Part shown: one piece after another, positions 10,965 to 23,847 of the stretch | Position numbering within the stretch: the first letter of the stretch is position 1 | How the letters are laid out: the number at the start of each line of letters is the position of its first letter | Assembly (NCBI RefSeq): GCF_988242995.1 | Contig: NZ_OZ547043.1 | DNA length: 64,000 nt | Strand: one strand, 5' to 3' | Program-made: the position numbers and the translations under genes | Notes under the pieces: model-generated | What the model was told of the DNA's origin: nothing | Database searches by the model: none | What the model saw: only the letters and a program-made list of their open reading frames with translations

Positions 10965-13025
10965 TCACTTCTTCATCTGCGACAAAATCGTCCGGCACTG
11001 ATTAGCCTCCCCTTCGGAAGGTGAGATCAGCGCCAGTAACGCCGCCGCTGGCGTAACCAGCGTTGCCAGTGCCGCCGCAACGGCTCCTCGGGCAATCAAC
11101 GGCCCGGCTTTCACCCCAGCCTGCGGATTTTTAAATGTCCCACGCACATACAGCGGCGAACGCAGCGTGATAATCCGAATCCCTTTACTTTCTGGATCGA
11201 TAGTCAAATCCAGTTGCTCCGAAGCAAAACTTGCCGTGCCGGTAACATTGATCAACGCATTCTCAGTATCAAAAGCAAAAATCTGCGGACGCGCCACGCC
11301 GTTGGCAATATCCAGATTCGCCGCCGCACAGTTCACCCGCACCTCATCGTCACCAAATATCGCACCGACAATGTAGTTGCCGACATTCAGCCCGACAATC
11401 TCCATCAGGTTGCGGCTCACCAGCCCGTCATTCATCAACAGTTTCAGGTTGCCGTTACTGTTGCCTAAAAGCGCCGCCACCGAGTTACCGCTACCGCGTA
11501 GTTCCGCGTCACCGTTCATTTCCCCCAGCGTCTTCTGCATCAGTTCTACATCGGGCATCAGTTCTTTCAGTTTCAGCCGACGAGCCTGAATATCTGCCCG
11601 CCCTTGCATCGGTTTTTTATCACCTTCCAGATGAATATTCGCCGCAATGCTGCCGCCCGCCATGCCAAATTTCAGCGGTTGCAGGCGCAGGTCAGCATTT
11701 TTGAGGATGATATGAGTAGAAAGATCGCTAATCGGCAGGCTACTGCCATGCTCAATGCGCCGCCCTTTGAAGCGAACATCGGCATCCATGACGTCCCATT
11801 TATCGGTTTCGAAGCGGTCATAAGGCAGCACTTTGCCCGCAGGCTGAACGCTTTTTTCACCCTTCTTCTGTTCAGACCGTTTCGACTTTTCAGCTCCTTT
11901 CCCGGAATCAACGCCAATCAACGGTCCCAGGTCCGCCAGCCGCAATTGCCGCGACTCGACATCACCTTCCAGTTTTGGTCGTGGCTTGCCGGTGGTGTAG
12001 ACCAGAGAACCGTGGATATCGCTATCGCCAATGCGCCCATTAAAACCGCGATAATCAAAGACCGACGATTTTTCAGTGTCGATTTTCGCTACCAGCCGAC
12101 CATCCGTTTCAAACGGCGGGGTATCGGGCAGCAGAACGCCCGTCAGTTCATAGAGATCACCCAGCGAATCGCCAGAAAATTTAAGCCGTAAATCGACACC
12201 ACCCATCTTCATTGGGTCATTCACAACGCCATCAAAAGCAACACGGGTGTTACCAGAGCGAAAATCAGCCTGTACCGGAAATGGTGTACCTTCGCCACGC
12301 AGCGCCAGCATACCGCCTATTTTTCCCGTACCAGTGAGCGGTTCACCGTTATAACGTCCATGCGCCTTCAGGCCAAAAACGTAATCACCCACCTTTTCTT
12401 TATCCGCTTTACCTTTCGATCCAGTAACTTCGCTGAACGGCAGCGGCTTGCCTAACGGATCGACAAAAATTTCCAGATCCGCTTTGCTTACTTTGTCATC
12501 AATGGCGATCCGCCCTTGATCGAAAAGAATATTATCCAGCCGAAACGACCATGCCGACGGCTTTGCATTCGCGTCTTTGTTATCATCGCTGGCGAGATTA
12601 AATGTCCAGTTGTTGTTCTTTTCTGAGAGGCGAATCAGGCGTGCGTCGGGCTTTTCCAGTTTGATCCACGGTAGCCAGACCGTTTTGGTCAGCAGCGCCA
12701 ACGGGGCCAGCGTTGCCTCTACGCGTGGCAAATGCACCATTGTGACTTCGGGAATATCTGGTGGGTTGCCGAGAATGATGTCTTCCGCGTGTATATGGGG
12801 CCACGGCACCCAGCTGCGCCAGCCAGTTTCTTGCTTTTGCCGCTCCCACACCACGCCCAGATCGCCACGGATAGCGAACGGACGATTCAACTCCGCAGAG
12901 ACTTTCTGGTTGATGGTCGGTTTGAGTCGATTCCAGTCAAAAGTTGCAATCAAAATGATCGCCACGACAATCAACAACAAGAAAGCCCCTGAAATCGCAG
13001 CGGTTATTTTGCCTGCCTTGCTCAT
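10965..13025 (-). CDS. yhjG: AsmA-family outer-membrane biogenesis protein, ~686 aa
   Basis: Track ORF 10965..13040 (691 aa); the N-terminal TM anchor follows MSKAGKITAAISGAFLLLIVVAIILIA, so the Met at codon 6 was used as start. The 13040 start is an alternative. Confidence 0.88.
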   Translation of the reverse strand: MSKAGKITAAISGAFLLLIVVAIILIATFDWNRLKPTINQKVSAELNRPFAIRGDLGVVWERQKQETGWRSWVPWPHIHAEDIILGNPPDIPEVTMVHLPRVEATLAPLALLTKTVWLPWIKLEKPDARLIRLSEKNNNWTFNLASDDNKDANAKPSAWSFRLDNILFDQGRIAIDDKVSKADLEIFVDPLGKPLPFSEVTGSKGKADKEKVGDYVFGLKAHGRYNGEPLTGTGKIGGMLALRGEGTPFPVQADFRSGNTRVAFDGVVNDPMKMGGVDLRLKFSGDSLGDLYELTGVLLPDTPPFETDGRLVAKIDTEKSSVFDYRGFNGRIGDSDIHGSLVYTTGKPRPKLEGDVESRQLRLADLGPLIGVDSGKGAEKSKRSEQKKGEKSVQPAGKVLPYDRFETDKWDVMDADVRFKGRRIEHGSSLPISDLSTHIILKNADLRLQPLKFGMAGGSIAANIHLEGDKKPMQGRADIQARRLKLKELMPDVELMQKTLGEMNGDAELRGSGNSVAALLGNSNGNLKLLMNDGLVSRNLMEIVGLNVGNYIVGAIFGDDEVRVNCAAANLDIANGVARPQIFAFDTENALINVTGTASFASEQLDLTIDPESKGIRIITLRSPLYVRGTFKNPQAGVKAGPLIARGAVAAALATLVTPAAALLALISPSEGEANQCRTILSQMKK

Positions 13026-13094
13026 CGTTCGCTTCCTCATATTCTTCCTGTGCCAGTCCTAAAGATAGTCCAGCCAGGCGGAAAATGAGGCAGC

Positions 13095-13862
13095 TTATAG
13101 CGCCAGAACCGCCGTATTCAGCGTTTCTATCGGTGCCGGGCGTGAAAGAAACCAGCCTTGTGCGGCGAATGCGGGCGAATTCTGAACATCACGCCACTCT
13201 TCCGGCGTTTCTACACCCTCGACGATCACCCCGCGACAATAGCGATTCATGAGATGTAAAAGCTGAGAAAAGAGTGTGCGTCCTTCCGGCGACTGACGCA
13301 GCATCATAAACAGTTCTCGCGCGATTTTGATGTAGTCATAACGCACTTCACTTAGCGCAGAGAAATTTGCCATCCCGGTGCCAAAATCATCCAGCCACAG
13401 CGGGCCAAATTCACACATCGAGGCAAAGGTTGAATCTTTCGGCAGACGGATATGCTCCACCAGTTCGAAACGCAGCCAGGGAAGACGCTCAATCTGGCGC
13501 AGGATTTTTGGTTGCTGACGCAGGGCGATGAGCGTAGGTCCATCAATATTGACCGATGCCAGCAGGCCGTGCTCTATAAAGAAGTCGGCTTTTTGCGCCA
13601 GCAAATCAATCTGCTCTTTCACAACCTCCATCCGATGGCTGACGGTGATTTCAGTAAAATAGCGATCCGGCGGCAGGCGTTGCGAAGGGTTCAAGGGATG
13701 CGTGACCACCGTTAATAGCTCCACGGCCATTAACCGTCCGCATGTTTGATAGATCGGCTGCCAGGTGTAAGCACGCTCACACTGCAACCAAAAACGCCGT
13801 TCCTGCAAGCTCTCGATGCTTGCTTCAGGGTTGCTTATTCGCTGGATAACCTGCCTTATCAT
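13095..13862 (-). CDS. pdeH: c-di-GMP phosphodiesterase (EAL domain only), 255 aa
   Basis: Track ORF 13095..13907; conserved start MIRQVIQRISNPEASIESLQERRFWLQCERAY at codon 16; EAL-domain protein (yhjH). Confidence 0.93.
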   Translation of the reverse strand: MIRQVIQRISNPEASIESLQERRFWLQCERAYTWQPIYQTCGRLMAVELLTVVTHPLNPSQRLPPDRYFTEITVSHRMEVVKEQIDLLAQKADFFIEHGLLASVNIDGPTLIALRQQPKILRQIERLPWLRFELVEHIRLPKDSTFASMCEFGPLWLDDFGTGMANFSALSEVRYDYIKIARELFMMLRQSPEGRTLFSQLLHLMNRYCRGVIVEGVETPEEWRDVQNSPAFAAQGWFLSRPAPIETLNTAVLAL

Positions 13863-13910
13863 CAAAGATGTCCTGTGTTTAAAAGTGATGCTGCCCGGAC
13901 TCGACAAAGA

Positions 13911-13937
13911 TTATCGGCGCACAAGGGCAGAACTTTA
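13911..13937 (-). promoter_or_regulatory. sigma28 (FliA) class-3 flagellar promoter of pdeH
   Basis: On the minus strand: TAAA, a 15-bp spacer, then GCCGATAA (plus strand ttatcggc at 13911-13918, ttta at 13934-13937), about 50-75 bp upstream of the pdeH start. Confidence 0.7.
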
Positions 13938-14006
13938 CCGCCTGGCCGGGGTAAATTTCCCCACTCCACAACGGAATCTTTCAGGAATACGTTCTGGCTC
14001 AAAAAA

Positions 14007-14029
14007 ATAATGGAACACTGTTTTAATAT
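14007..14029 (+). promoter_or_regulatory. Putative KdgR operator upstream of kdgK
   Basis: Imperfect palindrome aataatggaacactgttttaatat resembles the KdgR box (TGAAACA...TGTTTCA half-sites), about 65-85 bp upstream of the kdgK ATG. Confidence 0.5.
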
Positions 14030-14093
14030 GGTTGACCAGCAAACCACCACAGCGCAAACTAACGCTAATTTTTTACAGATCAGGTTCACGACT

Positions 14094-15023
14094 ATGTCCA
14101 AAAAGATTGCCGTGATTGGCGAATGCATGATTGAGCTTTCCGAGAAAGGCGCGGACGTTAAGCGCGGTTTCGGCGGCGATACCCTGAACACTTCCGTCTA
14201 TATCGCCCGTCAGGTCGATCCTGCGGCATTAACCGTTCATTACGTAACGGCGCTGGGAACGGACAGTTTTAGCCAGCAGATGCTGGACGCCTGGCACGGC
14301 GAGAACGTTGATACTTCCCTGACCCAACGGATGGAAAACCGTCTGCCGGGCCTTTACTACATTGAAACCGACAGCACCGGCGAACGTACGTTCTACTACT
14401 GGCGTAACGAAGCCGCCGCCAAATTCTGGCTGGAGAGCGAGCAGTCTGCGGCGATTTGCGAAGAGCTGGCGAATTTCGATTATCTCTACCTGAGCGGGAT
14501 TAGCCTGGCGATCTTAAGCCCGACCAGCCGCGAGAAACTGCTTTCTTTGTTGCGCGAATGCCGCGCCAACGGCGGAAAAGTAATTTTCGACAATAACTAT
14601 CGTCCGCGCCTGTGGGCCAGCAAAGAAGAGACACAGCAGGTGTACCAGCAAATGCTGGAATGCACGGATATCGCCTTCCTGACGCTGGACGATGAAGACG
14701 CTCTGTGGGGTCAACAGCCGGTGGAAGACGTCATTGCACGTACCCATAACGCGGGCGTGAAAGAAGTGGTGGTGAAACGCGGGGCGGATTCTTGCCTGGT
14801 GTCCATTGCTGGCGAAGGGTTAGTGGATGTTCCGGCGGTGAAACTGCCGAAAGAAAAAGTGATCGATACCACCGCAGCTGGCGACTCTTTCAGTGCCGGT
14901 TATCTGGCGGTACGTTTGACGGGCGGCAGTGCGGAAAATGCGGCGAAACGCGGGCACCTGACCGCAAGTACCGTTATTCAGTATCGCGGCGCGATTATCC
15001 CGCGTGAGGCGATGCCGGCGTAA
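14094..15023 (+). CDS. kdgK: 2-dehydro-3-deoxygluconokinase, 309 aa
   Basis: Track ORF 13746..15023 (425 aa) has a long spurious N-terminal extension overlapping pdeH; the conserved start MSKKIAVIGECMIELSEKG (ATG at 14094) was used. PfkB-family sugar kinase. Confidence 0.93.
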   Translation: MSKKIAVIGECMIELSEKGADVKRGFGGDTLNTSVYIARQVDPAALTVHYVTALGTDSFSQQMLDAWHGENVDTSLTQRMENRLPGLYYIETDSTGERTFYYWRNEAAAKFWLESEQSAAICEELANFDYLYLSGISLAILSPTSREKLLSLLRECRANGGKVIFDNNYRPRLWASKEETQQVYQQMLECTDIAFLTLDDEDALWGQQPVEDVIARTHNAGVKEVVVKRGADSCLVSIAGEGLVDVPAVKLPKEKVIDTTAAGDSFSAGYLAVRLTGGSAENAAKRGHLTASTVIQYRGAIIPREAMPA

Positions 15024-15118
15024 AAGCAGCATATGCAAAAGGCTGGATAAAGTGTTACCCCTCTATCCAGCTCATCCATAAATACCTGATGGTTGTGCTA
15101 ACTCATCACCATCAGGCA

Positions 15119-16615
15119 TTACTGTGCGGGTGGAATATCCGTCACTTCAGGATGAACGTCATCCGTGGCGACAGAGGTGGTCGCAGCGGCGGTAGATGGG
15201 GTCATGATTTGATCCCAGGCCGCCTGCAACGCTTTCATGTTAAATTCCGGCTCGCCTTTCGGCTGCAGCAGTATTAACGCCATATCATTCGACAACTGCT
15301 GACGCAGATCCTGATTTAACATCTCCACCGTCAGGCTGTTAAGGAAATCCTGACGCAGTTTCTGATATTGCTCCGGCGCGATATCGACGACCTGATTTTG
15401 CAACGAACGCATCCGCTGCCCCATCAGAATATCGGTATCAGCTCGCGCATAGGCGGCAAACAGTTTCTGCAGCTCCAGTTTCTTTTGCGCCACTAACGCA
15501 TTGAACTCTTCTTCCGGCAGACCTTTATCGCGAACCTTCGCCAGTTCACGCGCCACCAGATTAAGGTTGCTGCTCAGCTTGTCGTTTGGTGATTCGATGT
15601 TAATGGCACACTGCGCACGCAGATACAGCACACGACAGTCAAATCCAAGACCGATATCTTTGCTGTTACTGGCGCTTAACGCTTGCTGAACATGCCAGAA
15701 CAGCGCCTCACGGGCCAGGTCCGCACGCCAGTAGCGCAGCAGTGCGGCTGATTCACGAATCGGCTGCCACGGCGTATCCCACATGATTGATAACCGGTCC
15801 TGACGCACCGCGTCAGTCATAATACTCACCGCTTCCGCACGCAGCGGAGAAAGCGTCGGCACCGGAGCCGGTGTTTCACGTTTGCCTTTCAGTTCGCCAA
15901 ACGTTTTATTGATTTGGTCGACGACCGAGCGCGCATCCACGTTTCCCACCACCAGCAGCGTCATTGCATCCGGGGTGTACCATTTCTGATAGAAATCTTT
16001 AATCTTTTCCGCTTCAACGGGTTGTTTCAGCGGATCGGCAGGATCGTGACCTAACAAGGTTGATCCTTTCAGACGATAGCGCCACCAGCCCTCTTTAGTA
16101 TCGGCAGGCCAGGTTGCCACCATGTCCTGACTTTGCAGCGCGTGGTTGATGGTTTCTGGCGTGATAGTCAGTTTGCCAGTGGCATTTGCCAGATAAGAGA
16201 GCGCTTCTTTCAGCAAGTCGTTACGGTTATTGGGCAAACTCAGATTAAACAGCGTGGTGTCATAAGAGACAATTACCGGCGGCATCGGGCGTTTAGGGTC
16301 GATCCCCTGCTGCCACAATGAACGCGCCTGTGCTGCTTCAAGGCCACCGCTTTGCGTTAACGCAATACGAGGGATGGCGTGGCTGTAACCGCTCTGTTGT
16401 GTACTTTCGGCGAGCGAACCGGTATTAACCAGCAGGCGAATTTCAACACGATCGCTGGGACGCTGGGGCGTGGTCAGCACTTGCCACTGTAAACCGTTGG
16501 AAAGCGTCCCCTGTTGCCATGCTGGATCAGGCTGGAGCGCATCTGCCTGCACATAGCCAGCAGTGGCCATCATCAGCAAACCGCCCGCTAAAAGTCGAAT
16601 TTTTGTGCCCTGCAT
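15119..16615 (-). CDS. yhjJ: Periplasmic M16-family zinc peptidase-like protein, 498 aa
   Basis: Track ORF MQGTKIRLLAGGLLMMATAGYVQA... with signal peptide; expected length. Confidence 0.9.
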   Translation of the reverse strand: MQGTKIRLLAGGLLMMATAGYVQADALQPDPAWQQGTLSNGLQWQVLTTPQRPSDRVEIRLLVNTGSLAESTQQSGYSHAIPRIALTQSGGLEAAQARSLWQQGIDPKRPMPPVIVSYDTTLFNLSLPNNRNDLLKEALSYLANATGKLTITPETINHALQSQDMVATWPADTKEGWWRYRLKGSTLLGHDPADPLKQPVEAEKIKDFYQKWYTPDAMTLLVVGNVDARSVVDQINKTFGELKGKRETPAPVPTLSPLRAEAVSIMTDAVRQDRLSIMWDTPWQPIRESAALLRYWRADLAREALFWHVQQALSASNSKDIGLGFDCRVLYLRAQCAINIESPNDKLSSNLNLVARELAKVRDKGLPEEEFNALVAQKKLELQKLFAAYARADTDILMGQRMRSLQNQVVDIAPEQYQKLRQDFLNSLTVEMLNQDLRQQLSNDMALILLQPKGEPEFNMKALQAAWDQIMTPSTAAATTSVATDDVHPEVTDIPPAQ

Positions 16616-16834
16616 GTGAACCCCTGATCAACTATCCTGGTAATAAAAAACTGCCCGTTGTCGGTCAGTCTAAATGACGTTAAAAACACTTCGTGTTAGA
16701 CCGCAAGAACATGAAAATGTCACGGAAGAAGTGAAATAAACCTGAACTCACCCAGGTGGTAAGTTCAGGCACAGGGGTCAATTATGCGCAAACACCCGCA
16801 CTCGGGGAAGGGAGTGCGGGCATAAGTGGTGAGA

Positions 16835-18157
<1,323 letters not shown>

Positions 18158-18303
18158 TTATGGGGTACCTGCGGCCTTAAAATAACACCCAGACAACATC
18201 ACAGAAATGTACCTGGATCATAATTGAAACAAAAAGGTTAAAAAGTTTGAGCTGGCTCGCACAAACCAGCACTTTTTAAAGTTTTGTAATCAGTTTGGGG
18301 TAG

Positions 18304-20292
18304 CTACTTTTCTTCCAGGTAACTCTCTTCGAAGATTTCAATAGGGAGTGGGCGAGCAAAAAGGAAGCCCTGGGCAATACCAACGCCCGCTTTTGCCAGC
18401 CAGTCGCGTTGTGCTTCAGTCTCCACCCCTTCGGCAATCATTTGTAAGTTCAGGCTCTGCGCCAGCATGATAATTGCAGCAATCATGCTGCTATCTTCCG
18501 GCAAGCCTTCAACAAACATTTTGTCGATTTTCAGTACGTCGATTGGCAACGATTTCATATGCTGCAGCTGACGCAGCCCTGCGTAGCCCATGCCGAAATC
18601 ATCCAGCGCCACCCGAACTCCGGCATTGCGCAGCGGACGGAGGATTGCCACCGCAGCATGAGGGTCGTCAATACGTCGGCTTTCTGTCACTTCCAGAATC
18701 AGTGTTCCCGGCTGAATGCGATAGCGGGTTAACAGTTCCAGCATATCCGCCACCATATTTGGGTGCATCAGTTGCAGCGCTGAGAGGTTTACCGACAAGG
18801 GCAGCATAATGCCGCGCTCTTGCCAGGCAGCCAGCAATCGACAGGACTCTTCCAGCACCCAGTGACCAACGGTAACCATCAGCCCACAGCACTCAATGCG
18901 ATCGATTAAGCCATCCGGCAGATCCCAACTGCCATCCGGTTGCTGGATACGCAGTAACACTTCCGCACTGACCAGTTTACCGCTGTTCATCTCGACCTGT
19001 GGCTGTAACCAAATCGCAAACTGATGATTTTCCAGCGCATTAAGGATATCGCTCTCTTCCGTCAACCGCTGCTGGGCGGCTTCCATCTGCTGCGGATCAA
19101 AGAACTGAATCTGATTTTTGCCTTTATGGCGAGCGGTAAATGCCGCAGAAATAGCGCGACTGTAAAGCTGTTCGGCGGTGAGATCGCCGTAGAACATCGC
19201 CACGCCAATGCTACAGTGCGGACGGAGTTGAATACGTTCAATCGGCAGGCGCTCGCTCATGATAGTGAGCACTTGCTGACCCAAAGTGATTGCGTGCCAC
19301 GGTTCCTGTACACCGTTGGCAATGACAGCAAAGTCATAACCGCTAATCTGCGCGAGGATCATACGTGGCGACAGTACCGATTTGAGTTTTTCCACCAGCG
19401 TCAGCAGCAGAATTTCTCGTTGCGCCTCTTTCAGCACGCCCGCAGTATCACGCAGGGTTTCACAGGTGATAATCATCAGCGCGGTGGTTTGTTTACGCGC
19501 GACAACCTGCTCCAGCATCTCCATCAGCAAAGCTTTGTTCGGCAAATCCGACACCGGGAAGCGCATCGCGTTTTCGTTCTGTTCTTCATAATGGCGCTGC
19601 AGCAATTGCTGGTTGAGGTTGTAACTGCGCACCAGCATACCGATTTCATCATCCTGATGCAGACGCGGTAATGCCAGTTGGTGACCAACAAGCTCTTGGG
19701 CTGGGATGGCGTTTAGTTCGCGAGCAATATTGCGTAACGGATGCAAAATCAGGCGGTTAATGCACCAGCTAATCGCCACGGTCAATATTAACGACAAAAG
19801 TAAGTAAATGGTCACTAACGTTGAGAGGGTGCTCATCACGAACTTATACATACGGAAGGAATCCGCCTGTAGCACCAGATAGGCAATTGGCTGCGGATTT
19901 GCCGGACGTTCGAGCGAGTAGACGCCCAGCGAGATTTGCACCGGCAGCTCAAACAGGCGAGTAACCATTACCGGCACTGGCCGCTCTGGAATAAAACTTT
20001 TACGCAGCGCCTGGAACTGGTTAGGCAGCACTACATCGGCACGGCTGACCACGCCTGCCGGTTTAATGCTGGCAAGAATAGCTTCCGCTTCGGGAATATC
20101 GCCTTTCAAAATAGCTGAAGATAAGGGTTCGCGGACAGAGCGAGCAATGCTTTCCAGTTGCGTAGCCGTGTTATAGCGATTCTGCTGGACCAGATGGAAC
20201 AGCAAAACGGTGCAAAAAATAAAAACGAACACCAGGACAACGGCTGCCACCATTGCCATCTGCTTGATTGTTAACGAGCGACTTACGCGCAA
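18304..20292 (-). CDS. pdeK: Membrane-bound c-di-GMP phosphodiesterase (degenerate GGDEF + EAL), 662 aa in the longest frame
   Basis: Track [35 protein letters not shown]...; N-terminal TM segment, C-terminal EAL domain (yhjK). An in-frame Met 11-13 codons downstream is an alternative start. Confidence 0.9.
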   Translation of the reverse strand: MRVSRSLTIKQMAMVAAVVLVFVFIFCTVLLFHLVQQNRYNTATQLESIARSVREPLSSAILKGDIPEAEAILASIKPAGVVSRADVVLPNQFQALRKSFIPERPVPVMVTRLFELPVQISLGVYSLERPANPQPIAYLVLQADSFRMYKFVMSTLSTLVTIYLLLSLILTVAISWCINRLILHPLRNIARELNAIPAQELVGHQLALPRLHQDDEIGMLVRSYNLNQQLLQRHYEEQNENAMRFPVSDLPNKALLMEMLEQVVARKQTTALMIITCETLRDTAGVLKEAQREILLLTLVEKLKSVLSPRMILAQISGYDFAVIANGVQEPWHAITLGQQVLTIMSERLPIERIQLRPHCSIGVAMFYGDLTAEQLYSRAISAAFTARHKGKNQIQFFDPQQMEAAQQRLTEESDILNALENHQFAIWLQPQVEMNSGKLVSAEVLLRIQQPDGSWDLPDGLIDRIECCGLMVTVGHWVLEESCRLLAAWQERGIMLPLSVNLSALQLMHPNMVADMLELLTRYRIQPGTLILEVTESRRIDDPHAAVAILRPLRNAGVRVALDDFGMGYAGLRQLQHMKSLPIDVLKIDKMFVEGLPEDSSMIAAIIMLAQSLNLQMIAEGVETEAQRDWLAKAGVGIAQGFLFARPLPIEIFEESYLEEK

Positions 20293-20373
20293 ATTGTCTC
20301 CCCCCGGAAATCCCAGATTGCCGCCCGAGTATACCCGATCGCAGCGGCATTAAGAGAGGCGCTATCTGAAAAC

Positions 20374-23300
20374 TTACCAGTCGGCGTAAGGTATCAGCGG
20401 CTGCGGCGGTAAATCCATGTCACCCTGCCATCCGGCGGCGGAATAACGTACGTAGAGCAGGAAATGGCTGGGTGCGTAATCTTTTGCCTGCTGGATATCA
20501 ATTGCCGTGCCGACAAACCAGTTGGAAGTAACACGTCGTTCAAGTAATGCCCGCGCCGTGTAGCCAAAGCCCTGACTGCTGCCGCCATCGTTGGATTGCC
20601 GCGCAGCCTCTTCCTGCCAGTCGGTCGGGATCAGATTCATCAGCGGATAACGCGGCATGGTTTTGGTGCGTGAATGCGACCACGAGCCAGACGCCCCCAG
20701 CTCCCACGACCAGTTTTCCGTCCGCTCCCGCCACATCACCGGTATGGCAAACGACAGGTATTCCTGCGGGCTGTAGTAACCGCCCTGACCGAGTGAGTAG
20801 CCACTCAGGTCTTTGTCGTAATGCCAGATCATGTTGTTCAGGCCGATGGTGACGCGGCGATTGTTCTGGTTAATGACCTTATAGTAATAGCCCGTCATCC
20901 AGCGCACGCGCCAGTTATCTTCGACATTTTTACCGGTTAACTGGTCGCCACTAAGCGATGCCCAGACGCCGTTTGCTTCACCTTTATCGTAGCTCAGGCT
21001 TAGTCCCACGCCGTCGGCACGCACGCCGCCCCATTTTTTCCCGGTATTGCTCGGGGAGTCTTTTTGCCCGCCAAAGGCCAGCAAAGAACTGGAGATGGGC
21101 CGACGGTGGGCGTTAACGGTGTAACCCAGCGGCCCGATATCATCGCTGTAACTGATGCCGCCGACCACATCCACCACGTTGAAGCCCATCGGCGTGGTGC
21201 CGATATCCCAGCTCCAGACGTCATTTCGCCAGCCGACCGCCACGCTGGCACCGGAATCCGACTGGCTGCGGTTGCCGCTACAGTCCTGTAATGTACAGGT
21301 GCCCCAGTTGTCATCCCATTTACCATCGGCATTAGTGGAGAAACTGCCGACGTTCATATTGACGAAATCACTGCGAAAGAACATCCGCCCGTCAGAATAC
21401 GGCGCATCCACCTGCAACATAGTGGTGTGCGCTTTCAGATCGGAGTAACCACCGGTGCCGCTCGATCCCCAATAATCGTGCTCAAGGGTGACGTTAAGAT
21501 CCTGCTGGCGATAGAGGTCCGCCGCATCGCTGCGCACGCCGCGTTTCAGCCAGTCATCTTTCTCGTCATTGCGGGTCAGTCGGGTAAAGGTGTCGTTATC
21601 CTGTGGACGCATCGTGGTCACACCGGATGCAACCATGGCGTCTTTGTAGGTTTCCAGCGCCTGCGTTGGATCGCCCGCCTGCGCTTCAAACTTCGCACCG
21701 TCGCGCAGCACCATCGCACTTTCCATCGACGGCGGCTGAGATTTTGCCAGCGGGATCAACTGATTAAATGTCTGCTGCGCCGCTGCGGTATCGCCAAGCT
21801 GCGCCTGTGCCAGCGCCACGCGCCGCTGAGTGTTCAGCGAGGCGTTATTGGTGGCAGGCAGCTTCGCCAGCTGGCTACGTGCCGCCGCTTTGTCACCGGC
21901 AGCAATATCCACTTCCGTCAGACCAAGAATGGCATCGGCGTTAGTTGGCTCCCGCGTCAGGACATTCTGATATGCAGCGCGAGCGGCGGTGTAATCACGT
22001 CGCTGTTGCGCCCAGTCAGCCAGCGTGAGGTCTATGCGCGTGGAAGGTGGTTGCTGGCGCAGCATCGCTTCCGCTTCAGCTTCTTTGCCGCTTTCTCGCA
22101 GGCGATTAGCGGTTTCCAACACCTGATCGCTTTGCAGTCGATTAACCAGCTCCTGAATATTGCTGCTCCACTGCGCGCGCGGCAGGCTGTTGATATGCGC
22201 CAGCGCCGCTCTGTCCTGGTCATGACCAGAGAGATACAGCCCGTAAGCGTAAACCTGCTCCGGGTCGTTCGGCTTCTGCTGCGCCAGATTACGCATTAAC
22301 GTATCGGCCTGGCTACGTTGTCCGGCCTGCCAGAGATCCTGCGAAAGTCGGTAAGTAATCCATACGCTGCCGGGATCCAGCGCCAGTCGTTGCCGCTGAA
22401 GTGCTGCCGCCTGCGCCCATTTGCCCTGGTTTTCCAGTGCCTCTGCCTGCTGTGCCAGACGGTCGTTTTGTAGGCTGCGTTCGATATCATCAATGCTACG
22501 CCGCTGACTGGCAGAGAGCGAGGCGATAAACGCTTCAGCTTTTTCTGGCGATTGCTGGCGGTATATATTTGCCAGCCCGCGCACGGCGTTAGTGTTGCTA
22601 CTGTCCATACGCAGGGTCTGCTGGTAATAGCGTTCAGCGGCGGGATAATCTTTGCGCGCCATCGCCACATCGCCCAGCCCCAGCACTGCATAGCTGTCGG
22701 TGTTATCGACATTACGCGCCTGCTGGAACAGGCGTTCTGCCCGGTCAGGATTATTGGCTTTCAGCGCAGCATCGCCCTGCTGGATCGCCAGCCAGTAGCG
22801 GTTTACTTTCAGGAGACTGTTCCATTTGTCGTTGTTGCTGCTGTGCGGATCCAGGGCGAGGGCTTTTTCCAGATTCGCCACCGCATTAGCGCGATCGCCT
22901 TTCTGAGAATACGCCTGGCCCAGCGCCCCCAGAGCCTCACTGTCTTTCGGGTTCGCCCGCACCGCCTGTTGTAGTTCGGGAATGGCTTTACCCGCCATAC
23001 CAGAGTCCACCGCCGCTAAACCTTGCGCGCGAGCGCGGAAAGCAGGGTCGGCCAGCTGTTTTTGCTGTTCTGCCAGTTGCGATTGCGCCGCAGCTACGCT
23101 ATCGCCATCACTAAAGATCGAGAGATATTTTTTCAGCGCCGACACACTGGCATCGCTGACGGGCATGTCTTTAATCTGCCCGTACCAGATTTTAGAGGCC
23201 CCTTCGCGCCCGGCGTTTGATTTCGCCATCTGTTCCAGGACGGCAAAACCTTCGTCACGGCGATCGCTACTAAACAGCAATAGCGCCAGATTGTTTTGCA

Positions 23301-23847
23301 GGCCCGTATTGCCCGGCGTATCCGCATTAATGCGTTTTAGCTGATTAATCGCTTCGCCACGGCGAGCCGGAATTTTCGCCACCGTACTCCAGTACTCGAC
23401 GGCAATGTCACCTTCCGGCGGCGCACCGTTGAACAGTTTGTTGTAACTCGCCACAGCTTCTTCTGCATGACCAGTAGTCGCCTGCAATCTTGCCTGTTGC
23501 AGTGCCTGACGACCATCCGGCGTGGAAAGCAACATTGTGGTCCGCGACGATTTATACGCATTTGAACTCGGCGCTAACTGCGACAGCCGATCGAGCTGTT
23601 TTTGCGCGCCATCAATATCGCCCTGACGTAACAGAGAACGGAAACGGGCGGCAACGACTTCCGGGTTATTCGGATCAATAAGTTCCAGACGATACAACGA
23701 CTGTTGCACCAGGTCTTCACGATGGGTCGCTTCGCCTAACCGAACTTGCTCCAGCAACTGTTGCTGAGCGGTTGGTGCTGCCTCGACCATCGGCATGACG
23801 GCCAGACCGAGAGAAAGCGTGAATATGTTTAGTGTGAATTTGCGCAT
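20374..23847 (-). CDS. bcsC: Cellulose synthase outer-membrane subunit BcsC (TPR repeats + beta-barrel), 1157 aa
   Basis: Track [43 protein letters not shown]...; expected length; last gene of bcsQABZC. Confidence 0.95.
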   Translation of the reverse strand: MRKFTLNIFTLSLGLAVMPMVEAAPTAQQQLLEQVRLGEATHREDLVQQSLYRLELIDPNNPEVVAARFRSLLRQGDIDGAQKQLDRLSQLAPSSNAYKSSRTTMLLSTPDGRQALQQARLQATTGHAEEAVASYNKLFNGAPPEGDIAVEYWSTVAKIPARRGEAINQLKRINADTPGNTGLQNNLALLLFSSDRRDEGFAVLEQMAKSNAGREGASKIWYGQIKDMPVSDASVSALKKYLSIFSDGDSVAAAQSQLAEQQKQLADPAFRARAQGLAAVDSGMAGKAIPELQQAVRANPKDSEALGALGQAYSQKGDRANAVANLEKALALDPHSSNNDKWNSLLKVNRYWLAIQQGDAALKANNPDRAERLFQQARNVDNTDSYAVLGLGDVAMARKDYPAAERYYQQTLRMDSSNTNAVRGLANIYRQQSPEKAEAFIASLSASQRRSIDDIERSLQNDRLAQQAEALENQGKWAQAAALQRQRLALDPGSVWITYRLSQDLWQAGQRSQADTLMRNLAQQKPNDPEQVYAYGLYLSGHDQDRAALAHINSLPRAQWSSNIQELVNRLQSDQVLETANRLRESGKEAEAEAMLRQQPPSTRIDLTLADWAQQRRDYTAARAAYQNVLTREPTNADAILGLTEVDIAAGDKAAARSQLAKLPATNNASLNTQRRVALAQAQLGDTAAAQQTFNQLIPLAKSQPPSMESAMVLRDGAKFEAQAGDPTQALETYKDAMVASGVTTMRPQDNDTFTRLTRNDEKDDWLKRGVRSDAADLYRQQDLNVTLEHDYWGSSGTGGYSDLKAHTTMLQVDAPYSDGRMFFRSDFVNMNVGSFSTNADGKWDDNWGTCTLQDCSGNRSQSDSGASVAVGWRNDVWSWDIGTTPMGFNVVDVVGGISYSDDIGPLGYTVNAHRRPISSSLLAFGGQKDSPSNTGKKWGGVRADGVGLSLSYDKGEANGVWASLSGDQLTGKNVEDNWRVRWMTGYYYKVINQNNRRVTIGLNNMIWHYDKDLSGYSLGQGGYYSPQEYLSFAIPVMWRERTENWSWELGASGSWSHSRTKTMPRYPLMNLIPTDWQEEAARQSNDGGSSQGFGYTARALLERRVTSNWFVGTAIDIQQAKDYAPSHFLLYVRYSAAGWQGDMDLPPQPLIPYADW

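Noticed and set aside
11604-12191. Antisense ORF (195 aa) inside yhjG
   Set aside because: Fully embedded antisense in a conserved gene; no start-site context or similarity to anything known.
13746-14093. Long N-terminal extensions in track ORFs (kdgK 425 aa, tag 266 aa, bcsB 808 aa, dppB 381 aa, eptB, yhjX, yhjC, pdeH)
   Set aside because: The extensions overlap neighbouring genes or promoters. The conserved N-termini begin at internal Met codons, which were used as starts.
19024-22299. Antisense ORFs inside pdeK (19024..19671) and bcsC (21427..22299, 290 aa)
   Set aside because: Embedded in well-supported genes on the opposite strand; Arg/Gln-rich translations typical of spurious frames.
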